Positions 1-8,124 of a DNA stretch of 64,000 bases are shown piece by piece. The position numbers were made by a program, and so were the translations under genes. Under the pieces are notes generated by a model. The model ran no database searches. It saw only the letters and a list, made by a program, of their open reading frames with translations, and had not been told where the DNA came from. This DNA is from Alphaproteobacteria bacterium (lineage in GTDB: Bacteria > Pseudomonadota > Alphaproteobacteria > Rs-D84): assembly GCA_017549445.1 (NCBI GenBank), contig JAFYUU010000001.1, positions 16,332 to 80,331 of the forward strand. The letters run 5' to 3'. Positions within the stretch are counted from its first letter, which is position 1, and each line of letters begins with the position of its first letter.

Positions 1-57
1 CTCTTTCAGGGACGACTGCAACGCTGAAATCAAATCTGATTTTTCTTCGCGTCTCAT
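1..57 (-). CDS. rplJ: 50S ribosomal protein L10, first 19 codons only (gene runs off the window start)
   Basis: Reverse-strand ATG at 57-55 preceded by a GAAGGA RBS. Translation MRREEKSDLISALQSSLKE resembles L10 N-termini. Position follows the conserved rplK-rplA-rplJ order. Confidence 0.7.
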   Translation of the reverse strand, partial: MRREEKSDLISALQSSLKE

Positions 58-251
58 GTCTATTTTTCCTTCAAGCTTCTGTTTTGTTTAACTTTCCATC
101 CAGATTTGCATCTGGGTGGGGCCTTGTGTTCCTGCCCCAAAGAATTTTCTTTGTCTATGATGGCAATTAAGCAACGTCTTTTTCGTCACACCATCAGTCA
201 CGGACAGAAATCTGTTGACCGGTGACAGGATTTATCCCGCCACCGGTATTA
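58..251 (-). promoter_or_regulatory. Structured rplA-rplJ intergenic leader (possible L10 autoregulatory leader or attenuator)
   Basis: 194-nt untranslated gap with several stems: ACCGGTG 218-224 / CACCGGT 241-247; 96-105 / 110-119 (10 bp, one mismatch); GGGGC 118-122 / GCCCC 134-138. Long structured rplJ leaders are known, but the family was not verified here. Confidence 0.3.
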
Positions 252-926
252 TTATTTTGCTTCAATCTTCAAGCCAGGCCCCTGGGTTGTTGCAACAGAT
301 GCACCCAAGATATACTGACCTTTGACCGAAGATGGTTTAATCTTCTTCAACTGATCAATCAATGCATTTGCGTTTTCAACCAATTTGTCGGTTGCAAATG
401 ACATTTTACCGATACCAGCGTGAATGATACCCTTCTTTTCTGCACGGTATTCAATCTGACCCGCCTTGGCTGTTTTAACGGCTTCGGCGATGTTGTTTGT
501 GACCGTTCCCAATTTTGGATTTGGCATCAAACCCTTGGGGCCCAAGACACGTGCAATCTTGGACATTTTTGGCATCATATCTGGTGTTGCGATAACACGA
601 TCAAAGTTGATTTCGCCACCGGCAACCTTGTCAATCAGGTCCGCACCGCCAACAACATCGGCACCTGCGTTTTTCGCTTCTTCAACAGAATTTTCTGTGA
701 ATACAGCAACACGAACGCTTTTACCAGTGCCATGTGGCAATGACAACATACCACGGATATTCTGATCGGCCTTGGTCACGTCAACACCCAAACGGATGGC
801 GATTTCCAAAGATTCATCAAACTTTTTCGAGCAGAAAGGACGCAATGCTTCAATTGCATCAGCCAAAGTATAAACCTTGTCTGTGTCCAAAGTTGCCCAT
901 GTTTTTTGTCTTTTTGTAACTTTCAT
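252..926 (-). CDS. rplA: 50S ribosomal protein L1
   Basis: 224 aa. The sequence (...DESLEIAIRLGVDVTKADQNIRGMLSLPHGTGKSVRVAVF...) is unmistakably L1 and lies next to rplK. Confidence 0.97.
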   Translation of the reverse strand: MKVTKRQKTWATLDTDKVYTLADAIEALRPFCSKKFDESLEIAIRLGVDVTKADQNIRGMLSLPHGTGKSVRVAVFTENSVEEAKNAGADVVGGADLIDKVAGGEINFDRVIATPDMMPKMSKIARVLGPKGLMPNPKLGTVTNNIAEAVKTAKAGQIEYRAEKKGIIHAGIGKMSFATDKLVENANALIDQLKKIKPSSVKGQYILGASVATTQGPGLKIEAK

Positions 927-929
927 ATC

Positions 930-1361
930 TTATTCCTCCACCTTTACGCCCATAGAACGGCACTGACCCGCAACAATGTTCATAGCGGATTCAATGGTAG
1001 AGCAATTCAAGTCAGGCATTTTTGCTTCGGCAATTTCTTTTACCTGGGCCTTGGTCAATGTTCCAACAAAGTCACGACCTGGTTTATGAGAACCGATTTT
1101 CAGTTTCAATGCCTTTTTGATATAATATGACACAGGTGGCAATTTCATGATGAATTCGAAACTGCGGTCTGTATAAACAGTGATAATACATGGAATTGGC
1201 ATTCCTGGTTCTTTATCAGATGTTTTGTCATTAAACTGTTTGCAGAATTCTGCAATGTTCACACCGGCGGCACCCAATGCTGGCCCAATCGGTGGTGCAG
1301 GATTTGCCTGCTTGGCAGGGACGACCAGTTTGACCAATCCCTTGACTTCTTTCTTTGCCAT
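930..1361 (-). CDS. rplK: 50S ribosomal protein L11
   Basis: 143 aa with [30 protein letters not shown], the canonical L11 N-terminal domain. Confidence 0.97.
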   Translation of the reverse strand: MAKKEVKGLVKLVVPAKQANPAPPIGPALGAAGVNIAEFCKQFNDKTSDKEPGMPIPCIITVYTDRSFEFIMKLPPVSYYIKKALKLKIGSHKPGRDFVGTLTKAQVKEIAEAKMPDLNCSTIESAMNIVAGQCRSMGVKVEE

Positions 1362-1469
1362 TTGTTCACTCCATTTTTTTGGTTTGTGTCGTGGTTCGAT
1401 ATGGCGTATCTACCACGGTTTGGTGTGATTTTACTGAATATTTTTCAGAAAACCACAAAAAACTTTATA

Positions 1470-2009
1470 TTAAACTTTTTCTACCTGACTGAATTCCAAA
1501 TCCATACTGGTTTCACGACCAAAGACCAGAACCGTCACAGTCATTTTTTGTTTTACATTGTCAACTTCGGACGCAATACCGTTAAAGCCCGCAAATGGCC
1601 CATCGATAACATGAACCTCTTGTCCGACTGTGTATTCGATATCTTCGATGGCGACTGCACCCTCTTCTACCTGTTTTTGCAGGCGACGTGCTTCTTCTTC
1701 GCTGACCGCAATTGGTTTGTTTTTCGCACCCAAGAACATTACAACCTGGGGAATCTGACGAACCAATGTAAATGTTTCGTTATTCATTGTCATTTGAACA
1801 ACAATATAACCTGGAAAGAATTTCTTTTCGGATTTCACACGTTTACCGGCCTTAACCTCGGTCACTTCACGTGTTGGAACCAAAATTTCGCCAAAATATG
1901 CATTCAAGCGACGTTTATCAATTTGTTCACGCAATCCACGGGCAACCTTGTCTTCGCACCCGGTATGAACATTCACAACAAACCATTGCATTTTTTCTTC
2001 CATAACCAA
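1470..2009 (-). CDS. nusG: Transcription termination/antitermination factor NusG
   Basis: 179 aa with an NGN domain (QWFVVNVHTGCEDKV) and a KOW domain (VHVIDGPFAGFNGIASEV). Lies in the secE-nusG-rplK order. The start could instead be the internal MQWF at 1991. Confidence 0.95.
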   Translation of the reverse strand: MVMEEKMQWFVVNVHTGCEDKVARGLREQIDKRRLNAYFGEILVPTREVTEVKAGKRVKSEKKFFPGYIVVQMTMNNETFTLVRQIPQVVMFLGAKNKPIAVSEEEARRLQKQVEEGAVAIEDIEYTVGQEVHVIDGPFAGFNGIASEVDNVKQKMTVTVLVFGRETSMDLEFSQVEKV

Positions 2010-2027
2010 CTTCCTTCTGCGGTTTTT

Positions 2028-2210
2028 TTACTCAAAAATCCAATTTACCAGTGCATTCAGACCACTGTCGACAACAAAGAAAAACAATGCCGCCAGCCCT
2101 GAAAACACCAAAATCATTATTGTTGCATGAACAACACTGTCACGTGATGGCCAGACAATCTTGAACCATTCACTGCGAACCGATTTAATATATTCCAGCA
2201 TTTTTTTCAT
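2028..2210 (-). CDS. secE: Preprotein translocase subunit SecE
   Basis: 60 aa with a single C-terminal TM helix and an (R/K)SEWFKIVWPS motif. Sits between tRNA-Trp and nusG as in most bacteria. Confidence 0.85.
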   Translation of the reverse strand: MKKMLEYIKSVRSEWFKIVWPSRDSVVHATIMILVFSGLAALFFFVVDSGLNALVNWIFE

Positions 2211-2437
2211 AAAACACGTCCAATTTTATAAATACCTTGCGACTGACTGGCAGGGCCAGAAGGAATGTTCGACATCGCTATCGCTCTACCTCACCACTCG
2301 TAATGGTTTCGCTGCGTTTTTCCTTGCAAAACCAAACTCGTATGCGAACCCAACATCTTTTATCAATTCGGGTTCGATTCCACGCACGCCCGTTTCAGTC
2401 AGTTTTCCACAATACGCACAGGCGTATTCTGAAAAAC

Positions 2438-2511
2438 TGGCAGGGGCAGAAGGAATCGAACCCTCATCCGCGGTTTTGGAGACCGATATTCTACCGTTGA
2501 ACTATGCCCCT
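2438..2511 (-). tRNA. tRNA-Trp (anticodon CCA), CCA end encoded
   Basis: Hand-folded cloverleaf on the reverse strand. Acceptor AGGGGCA/TGCCCCT, anticodon loop CTCCAAA, T-arm GAGGG-TTCGATT-CCTTC, discriminator G plus CCA. 74 nt. Confidence 0.9.
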
Positions 2512-2695
2512 GTGAACTGCAACACCCGTCTTTTACACCGGCCTGCACATCGACAGTCCGTGCCAGAATAGCACACCGACATAAAAAATCAAGTGGAAAT
2601 ATTATAATATTTTTATTTTTTACTTGCAAGACCTTTTTGATACAACAGGATTACTTTCCGCAAATCAATAGTTTTTTGTTTTTGCAAATTTTTTC

Positions 2696-2725
2696 TTGCA
2701 TGACATGCCATTTTTTGTCTACAAT
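2696..2725 (+). promoter_or_regulatory. Sigma-70-like promoter for the virB8-B9-B10 operon
   Basis: TTGCAT (2696-2701), 18-nt spacer, TACAAT (2720-2725), ending 25 nt upstream of the GTG start at 2751. Confidence 0.35.
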
Positions 2726-2750
2726 CGTTTTAATCAAGGGGGAGAAATCC

Positions 2751-3434
2751 GTGCAAAATCGTGTAAAACCGCCAATTTTATTATCTCGACTGTTGGGACT
2801 GGTGCTGTGTGCAACACTGGTGGTGGCGATTGCCATGCTGACCGTTTTGGACGGAATGTTTCCATTGAACAAGGCACAGGTATTCTTTTTAACCACCAGA
2901 CCACGTGACACAATCGAGGTTAAACTGACCGACCTGCCCCCGACAGATGAAAATTTGGTTAAATACAAACGGGCTTTTATTCGTGAATACATCAAGGCAC
3001 GCAATGAAATTGTGCCTGACGCTGATAAAATGCGGGCAAAATGGAACAATAATGCGGGGGCATTGGTCAGAAACTGGTCCAGCGATGCAGTATTCGAGGA
3101 TTTTAGCAACACACGTATGTGGAACGCAATTATGTATGATGGGGCGGGATTTGATTGGTCTTGTCCGGTGGGATTTGAACGGGGGGCAATCGTCGCCAGA
3201 AGCAGTGATGATGTGTATGCTGTAAAATTCCGCTATTTTTGTGCAAATAATGATGGACAGATTGCACCAAAAGATTATACAATCGTATTAAAGTTAGATA
3301 CTGATGATACAAGTGTGACCAAGTGGGCGGACAGGATAAACAACCCATTGGGGATTCGGGTCACAGAATACAAGGTAGAATCTGTGGACGGTGATAAAAG
3401 TGTCACAACAGATCCACTGGAATTTGATTTGTAA
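2751..3434 (+). CDS. virB8: Type IV secretion system protein VirB8-like
   Basis: N-terminal TM helix (LLSRLLGLVLCATLVVAIAMLTVL) followed by a periplasmic domain with VirB8-type motifs (KRAFIREYIKARNEI; NNPLGIRVTEYKVE near the C-terminus). GTG 2751 with an AGGGGGAG RBS is preferred over the ORF-track ATG at 2637. Confidence 0.75.
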   Translation: MQNRVKPPILLSRLLGLVLCATLVVAIAMLTVLDGMFPLNKAQVFFLTTRPRDTIEVKLTDLPPTDENLVKYKRAFIREYIKARNEIVPDADKMRAKWNNNAGALVRNWSSDAVFEDFSNTRMWNAIMYDGAGFDWSCPVGFERGAIVARSSDDVYAVKFRYFCANNDGQIAPKDYTIVLKLDTDDTSVTKWADRINNPLGIRVTEYKVESVDGDKSVTTDPLEFDL

Positions 3435-3461
3435 GAAACAGAAAACGGAAGGAAGATAGGT

Positions 3462-4988
3462 ATGACATTCGTGAAAAATTGGAAGTTAAACGTATCGGCA
3501 ATTTGCCTGGGGGTGATGTTGGCAATGCCTGCGGTGGCAATTGAATACGGTGTGCAGACCGCATGGGACAACCCAAATGCCAATATGGCAAGTGGCAGTT
3601 TGAAACCTGGCTATGCCCAACTGACCTGGTCGGCGGGTTCTGTTTTACCAATCAAATTACGCAACGGTATGGCGACAATGGTCAATCTGCCAAATGGTGA
3701 ACAGATTGCAGATATTGTCGCAGGAAATGAATCTTTGTTCGATATTTCTGCACAACAGGGCGATCGCACAATGTTTTTGTCGCCTAAACCAGATAATATG
3801 GGGTCGGATACAAATCTGATTGTGACGGGGAAGTCCGGAAACAGATATATCTTTTATCTGCGTAGCGAACCATCTAATTCCAGTGAAATTACATATTCCC
3901 AGGTTGATGTTATGCTGGACGGAAATGGCAAATTGCCAGTTATAGCGGGAGCAACGTCTGGCGGTGGGATGAATTCGGTCTTTACAAAAACAGCAAAAAC
4001 AACTGCGTCAAATACAGTTGGGGTGGATGGCGAAGATTATGGTTGGATTAAATCGATGAAAATCGATCCGTCTGAATTTAGATTTGACTTGGACATTTTC
4101 GTTCCAAACCCAGACGACTATGTTATCGCACCAGAACGTGTGTGGCGTGACAGAATCTTTACATATATTGACTTTGGCGACAAGGTTATTGCAATGACAC
4201 AAAGACCGGTTGTGTCGCTGATGGTTGAAGGTGGCGAATCGCCCGTGGGATTCCGCACAGATGGCGAAGATGGTCGTCTGTTGATTGTCGAAGCGGTTGG
4301 CGATATGGTTTTAAGAAGTGGCCAAAGAATTGTATGCATCAAGAAACGTGAAAAACCATTCTTGATTGCTGATACTGCGTCTGTTATGGCCCTGGCCGAG
4401 GCGAACGTTGCACAAAGTATGTTGTCAGGACAATCGTTGAACAATATTGCATACACGGCAGATATGGCCGCAATGAGTGCAGGCACTTCTTACACAGGGA
4501 CCCCAATGTTTATGGGCAATACTGCGACCGTCAATCCAATGACGGGGGCTGGAACATATATGCCCGCAGGATACATGGCCCCAGCCGTTGGTGGTGGAAA
4601 CAAAGCAATGACAATGTTGCCAATTCAACGTGATACCGCCGGTTCTTATTTGCCACAGTCAAATATTCCACTGATTACCAGCAATCAGAGTGGCGTGGCG
4701 GTTGAATTGAAATCCGACCCATCGGTCAAGGCATTAAATGATTACTGGACAGGGTTGATGGCGAAATTTAGTGGCGAAAGTGGCCAAGGAATACTGACCA
4801 AATATAAAGATATGGTGTTCTTTGCCGTGGACGAAGAAGGTGTGGGCGACCTGGGCGAAGGGGCATCGACCGCACGTCTGTATCGTCTGCGTATTGGGCC
4901 ATTTGCAGATATCACAACAGCACAGGAACTGTGTGATCAATTGTTGAAATTCAGCGGTGCCAGTTGCAGTGTCGTCAGAATTCAATAA
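3462..4988 (+). CDS. virB9: Type IV secretion system protein VirB9-like with C-terminal SPOR domain
   Basis: Signal peptide (...VMLAMPAVA). VirB9/CagX N-domain (LPIKLRNGMATMVNLPNGEQIADIVAGNESLFDIS...TNLIVTGKSGNRYIFYLRSE) and C-domain (APERVWRDRIFTYIDFGDK...RLLIVEAVGDMVLRSGQRIVCIKK). The last ~100 aa look like SPOR (ARLYRLRIGPFADITTAQELCDQLLKFSGASCSVVRIQ). Confidence 0.8.
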   Translation: MTFVKNWKLNVSAICLGVMLAMPAVAIEYGVQTAWDNPNANMASGSLKPGYAQLTWSAGSVLPIKLRNGMATMVNLPNGEQIADIVAGNESLFDISAQQGDRTMFLSPKPDNMGSDTNLIVTGKSGNRYIFYLRSEPSNSSEITYSQVDVMLDGNGKLPVIAGATSGGGMNSVFTKTAKTTASNTVGVDGEDYGWIKSMKIDPSEFRFDLDIFVPNPDDYVIAPERVWRDRIFTYIDFGDKVIAMTQRPVVSLMVEGGESPVGFRTDGEDGRLLIVEAVGDMVLRSGQRIVCIKKREKPFLIADTASVMALAEANVAQSMLSGQSLNNIAYTADMAAMSAGTSYTGTPMFMGNTATVNPMTGAGTYMPAGYMAPAVGGGNKAMTMLPIQRDTAGSYLPQSNIPLITSNQSGVAVELKSDPSVKALNDYWTGLMAKFSGESGQGILTKYKDMVFFAVDEEGVGDLGEGASTARLYRLRIGPFADITTAQELCDQLLKFSGASCSVVRIQ

Positions 4989-5024
4989 TTCGGCCCAAAA
5001 AGCACTTTCGATTATCCCTAGCAG

Positions 5025-7478
5025 GTGGTGGACAACAGTATGAGCAAAATTAAACAGCAATTCAAAACGTGGCAGGCAAATACCCCTAAACGGGTGCAGT
5101 GGTTGTTGGTTGCGGTGGCGGGTGTCGTAATACTGATTTTATTGACACTGATTTTTATGCGTAAGGAAGAAAAAGTTATAGAAGAACGTGAAGCAATTCC
5201 CGCAGAACTGAAATTTAATCCAGGCGACAGTATAAACTGGCCCGATGTGTTGGTGGGCGAAACCAAAGAGCAGACAATAAAAATTTCTGCAAATGTCCCT
5301 GTTAAAATCGCCAAGGTGAATTTAACACAGGATATAAAAGGACTGACCGTCAAACAGACGTGTGCCAGCATCGCAGAAATCAGTGCAGAAACTGCATGCA
5401 CGGTGCGTCTGATTTATACCCCAACCGCACAGATGACACCGGTGGTGGTGCCGCTGATGTTGGATTGGTATCCGATTGGGGATTCGCCAGACATGAATAA
5501 AATGGCAAAAATTACAGTTGTGCTGGGGGCCCAAATGCCCGAGGTTCAGCAACCTGCCCCGGTGCCGGTTAAACCTGTTGTCGATACACCAACAGAAGAA
5601 GACAACACCCCCGTGTTTTACGATGAAGAACCAGAAGACGAGGAAGAATATTACAGACAAGTCCCCGTTAAAAAAACACCCGCAATCGCACAAGAAAATC
5701 CATTTGACGAATACGAACAAGACGAGGAGGATATACCACAAATCCCGTCCGAGGCGTGTTCGGATTTTGCAATGCCTGGATACGGGACATCGGGTCGGCA
5801 GACGGGTTGGATTAAACCTGTTGATGGTGCCTATTATTTTTATCCTTTCTCGGATACAGAGTGTAAAAATCCAACGGGGGTCTATAACCCAGATAACGGA
5901 ATTATCACTGACATCAAAAGCAAAGGTAAAAAAATTGGAACAGATGCAGAACATGTCGGCTTTGTCGGTATGTTGGGCGGGGCGATTCCAAAACTGTCTA
6001 ACCCAGTAAAATCCGCAGGTGTCAATCGGGCAAAGCAATTGACCACACAGGAATTGGGAACAATGGCAAGTTCCAGTGCTGGGGGCGGTATGGCACGTAT
6101 GGGGCAAGACGGGTTCGAGGCAATGAATGGCCTGATCAAAGAAGAAATTGATAAGGAAATTTATCTGGGGTCAGCAAGCGATAATTCACGTGTTTTGGCA
6201 TCAAAACAATACGACAGACAATTTATTCTGCGTCAGTATAAACCAATTCCTGCGACAATCGTGTCAGAAATTCGTGCCGATCCCGAAGCATTGAGAAACA
6301 ATCGCCTGCCTGTGCGTGCAACGGTTGATAGAAACGTATATTCAGACGATGGACGCAACGTGATTATACCAACGGGAACGTTGCTGTTGGGGTATATCTC
6401 GGGCGAATTGCCAGGGCCATACACATCAATCGGACGTATGGATATTAACTGGTATCAGTTTATACTGCCAAATGGGGTAGAGTTTAATTTCAAACAAGGA
6501 ACTGCACCATTTTCAGGCGATGCACAGGGTCGTTCTGGTATCCCAGGTTATGGTAGCACCGACTATATGGAGCAATTCTTTATGCCGATGCTGACCGCAA
6601 TTGTGCCGGCGGCGGTGAATCTGATTGCACCGGTCAGTGATGCGTTCGTAAATCAAATTGACCTGGATAACAATACAGTGGTGCAAAGCGGAACCGTGCG
6701 TTCGTCAGAAATGGCAAAGAACGAGATTATTACCGCATGGAATCAGGTTGCACAAAAACTGATTGTCGATATGATGGATAACACAACACCACCATTTTCA
6801 ATCGCAGCAGGAACACGTATAACCGTTTATTCGCCAGTGGATTTGGTCGCATCTTGTGGCGAGGAAGGAAGTGGTAAAAAATGTTCGTTAGGGTATGCGG
6901 ACAGTAATCGTTGGGACGAATGGCACAACAATGCAGATCTGAAGCAAGACGGTTCGTGGGTTGGTCAGGTTCGCAGTTTCAATTTGGCAAAATATTGCGT
7001 CAAGGACAATAACGGCAGGTGGGATATACAGCCAAATAGCGAAACACAGATAGCAAAAGAAGGATACGATTACAGATCTGTGTTATTCTATTGCCAATCA
7101 TTGAACTATCAGGCGATAAACAATGCCAAGCAAGATGCGGTCTATCAAAATCAACAGCAACAGTTCGCATCGCAGGAATATAATACCCAATCTACTGCCG
7201 GGGTGTCGGGGGCACAGACGGGTATTGTTGGCAATAAAACTTATAACGAACAAGTTTTGGGATTGACGTATAACGAAGATGGATCAATCGAAAATCCGTT
7301 TGAAGACAAAAAAGATGAAGTCACGGAAACGGTCGAGGTCGTCACATGCGATGGCGGTATAATGCCAGATGCAAATGGATGCTGTCCGGGGGAAACATAT
7401 ACCGATATGGGCGATCAAGGATTTAACTGTTGTCCAGATGCAGGTGGCGATTGTTTCCCACCAATCATAAATAACTGA
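5025..7478 (+). CDS. virB10: Type IV secretion system protein VirB10/TrbI-like, extended
   Basis: N-terminal TM helix, then a Pro-rich linker (PEVQQPAPVPVKPVVDTP). TrbI/VirB10 domain at aa ~395-607 (LPVRATVDRNVYSDDGRNVIIPTGTLLLGYISG...RMDINWYQFILPNGVEF...DAQGRSGIPGYGSTDY...AAGTRITVYSPVDL). A 210-aa C-terminal extension follows. The start may be ATG 5040, preceded by an AGGTGG RBS. Confidence 0.8.
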   Translation: MVDNSMSKIKQQFKTWQANTPKRVQWLLVAVAGVVILILLTLIFMRKEEKVIEEREAIPAELKFNPGDSINWPDVLVGETKEQTIKISANVPVKIAKVNLTQDIKGLTVKQTCASIAEISAETACTVRLIYTPTAQMTPVVVPLMLDWYPIGDSPDMNKMAKITVVLGAQMPEVQQPAPVPVKPVVDTPTEEDNTPVFYDEEPEDEEEYYRQVPVKKTPAIAQENPFDEYEQDEEDIPQIPSEACSDFAMPGYGTSGRQTGWIKPVDGAYYFYPFSDTECKNPTGVYNPDNGIITDIKSKGKKIGTDAEHVGFVGMLGGAIPKLSNPVKSAGVNRAKQLTTQELGTMASSSAGGGMARMGQDGFEAMNGLIKEEIDKEIYLGSASDNSRVLASKQYDRQFILRQYKPIPATIVSEIRADPEALRNNRLPVRATVDRNVYSDDGRNVIIPTGTLLLGYISGELPGPYTSIGRMDINWYQFILPNGVEFNFKQGTAPFSGDAQGRSGIPGYGSTDYMEQFFMPMLTAIVPAAVNLIAPVSDAFVNQIDLDNNTVVQSGTVRSSEMAKNEIITAWNQVAQKLIVDMMDNTTPPFSIAAGTRITVYSPVDLVASCGEEGSGKKCSLGYADSNRWDEWHNNADLKQDGSWVGQVRSFNLAKYCVKDNNGRWDIQPNSETQIAKEGYDYRSVLFYCQSLNYQAINNAKQDAVYQNQQQQFASQEYNTQSTAGVSGAQTGIVGNKTYNEQVLGLTYNEDGSIENPFEDKKDEVTETVEVVTCDGGIMPDANGCCPGETYTDMGDQGFNCCPDAGGDCFPPIINN

Positions 7479-7486
7479 TAATCATT

Positions 7487-7515
7487 ACCCGCCCGTGTGG
7501 CGGGTCATTTATTTA
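7487..7515 (+). terminator. Rho-independent terminator after virB10
   Basis: Stem ACCCGCC (7487-7493) / GGCGGGT (7499-7505) with a 5-nt loop, followed by CATTTATTT. Confidence 0.55.
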
Positions 7516-7549
7516 ACAAAGCGGATTTAATATTATGTCTTGTATTTGC

Positions 7550-7576
7550 CACGCATCAATGATGCGTGATTTTTTT
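7550..7576 (+). terminator. Second tandem rho-independent terminator
   Basis: Stem CACGCATC (7550-7557) / GATGCGTG (7561-7568) with a 3-nt loop, followed by ATTTTTTT. Confidence 0.55.
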
Positions 7577-7759
7577 ACCAAATCCCAATACATAAAATTT
7601 GGCGATACAGGTAAAAAGAATCGATTCGCAGGCCTTTTTACAAAATGAACAAAATGCCAGTTTATTGATTCGGTTATCAATCACAGGTTGTTTTGTTTTG
7701 TTTGCACAACTATTTAGGATATAAATCCCAAGACCACAAAAAAAACAAAGGAGAGAAGA

Positions 7760-8110
7760 ATGAACAATACACACGCAATATCTTTACACGCAGAAAAATT
7801 CCAAAGTGCAGAACAGATTTGGTTCTGGTTTCTGTATTCACGTGCAATTCGCAACAGTTTCGTGCGACAAAACAATAACACCAGACGAAAGATATGTGAA
7901 CTGGTTGATGTAGAAACACTGATTACTAAACTGTATCTGGCAGGCCGATTAAACGATGAACAACTGGTCGTGATGAAAAAATATGGTGATAAAAGACGTG
8001 CACCACATCAATATATCTGGACAGAAAACAGTGACGCAGACAAATGGAAACGGGCGATGGAGGTGCTGGAATCAGCATGCAAGGAACGTGGTTGGATAGA
8101 AGAACAATAA
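7760..8110 (+). CDS. Hypothetical small protein (116 aa), possible HTH-like region
   Basis: Strong RBS (AAAGGAGAGAAGA ATG). No antisense gene competes for the locus. The segment RLNDEQLVVMKKYGDKRRAP weakly resembles sigma-70 region-4 / LuxR-type helices. No firm family assigned. Confidence 0.6.
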   Translation: MNNTHAISLHAEKFQSAEQIWFWFLYSRAIRNSFVRQNNNTRRKICELVDVETLITKLYLAGRLNDEQLVVMKKYGDKRRAPHQYIWTENSDADKWKRAMEVLESACKERGWIEEQ

Positions 8111-8124
8111 AGGGGGTTAGGGAA

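Noticed and set aside
1362-2102. A 246-aa plus-strand ORF covering the nusG locus.
   Set aside because: It is antisense to a clearly conserved nusG, its composition is low-complexity and Phe/Asn-rich, and it has no RBS. This is a typical shadow ORF in AT-rich DNA.
2211-2437. Possible second tRNA, or a two-piece (permuted) alphaproteobacterial tmRNA, suggested by a CCA-ending acceptor-like fragment and a GGGTTCGATTCC box.
   Set aside because: I could not pair a T-stem or a 5' acceptor strand for either fragment, and I found no tag-peptide reading frame. They are kept only as tRNA-derived fragments (see findings). Only a covariance-model scan could overturn this.
2161-2571. A 136-aa plus-strand ORF spanning the secE start, the spacer and tRNA-Trp.
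   Set aside because: It runs straight through a well-folding tRNA gene on the opposite strand and the secE 5' end. It has no coding signature.
5322-6107. A long antisense ORF inside virB10. Similar cases are 41296-41934 and 42459-43244 inside the membrane-protein array, 56402-57283 inside ppdK, and 12774-13358 inside rsmA.
   Set aside because: Each lies opposite a gene with strong family motifs or a coherent membrane-protein pattern. Their translations are Cys/His/Arg-rich nonsense without motifs, so I treat them as shadow ORFs.
7535-7648. A 37-codon ORF (MSCICHASMMRDFF...) between the two virB10 terminators. I considered it as a VirB7-like lipoprotein or small peptide.
   Set aside because: It has no signal peptide or lipobox and no RBS, and it reads through the second terminator hairpin.
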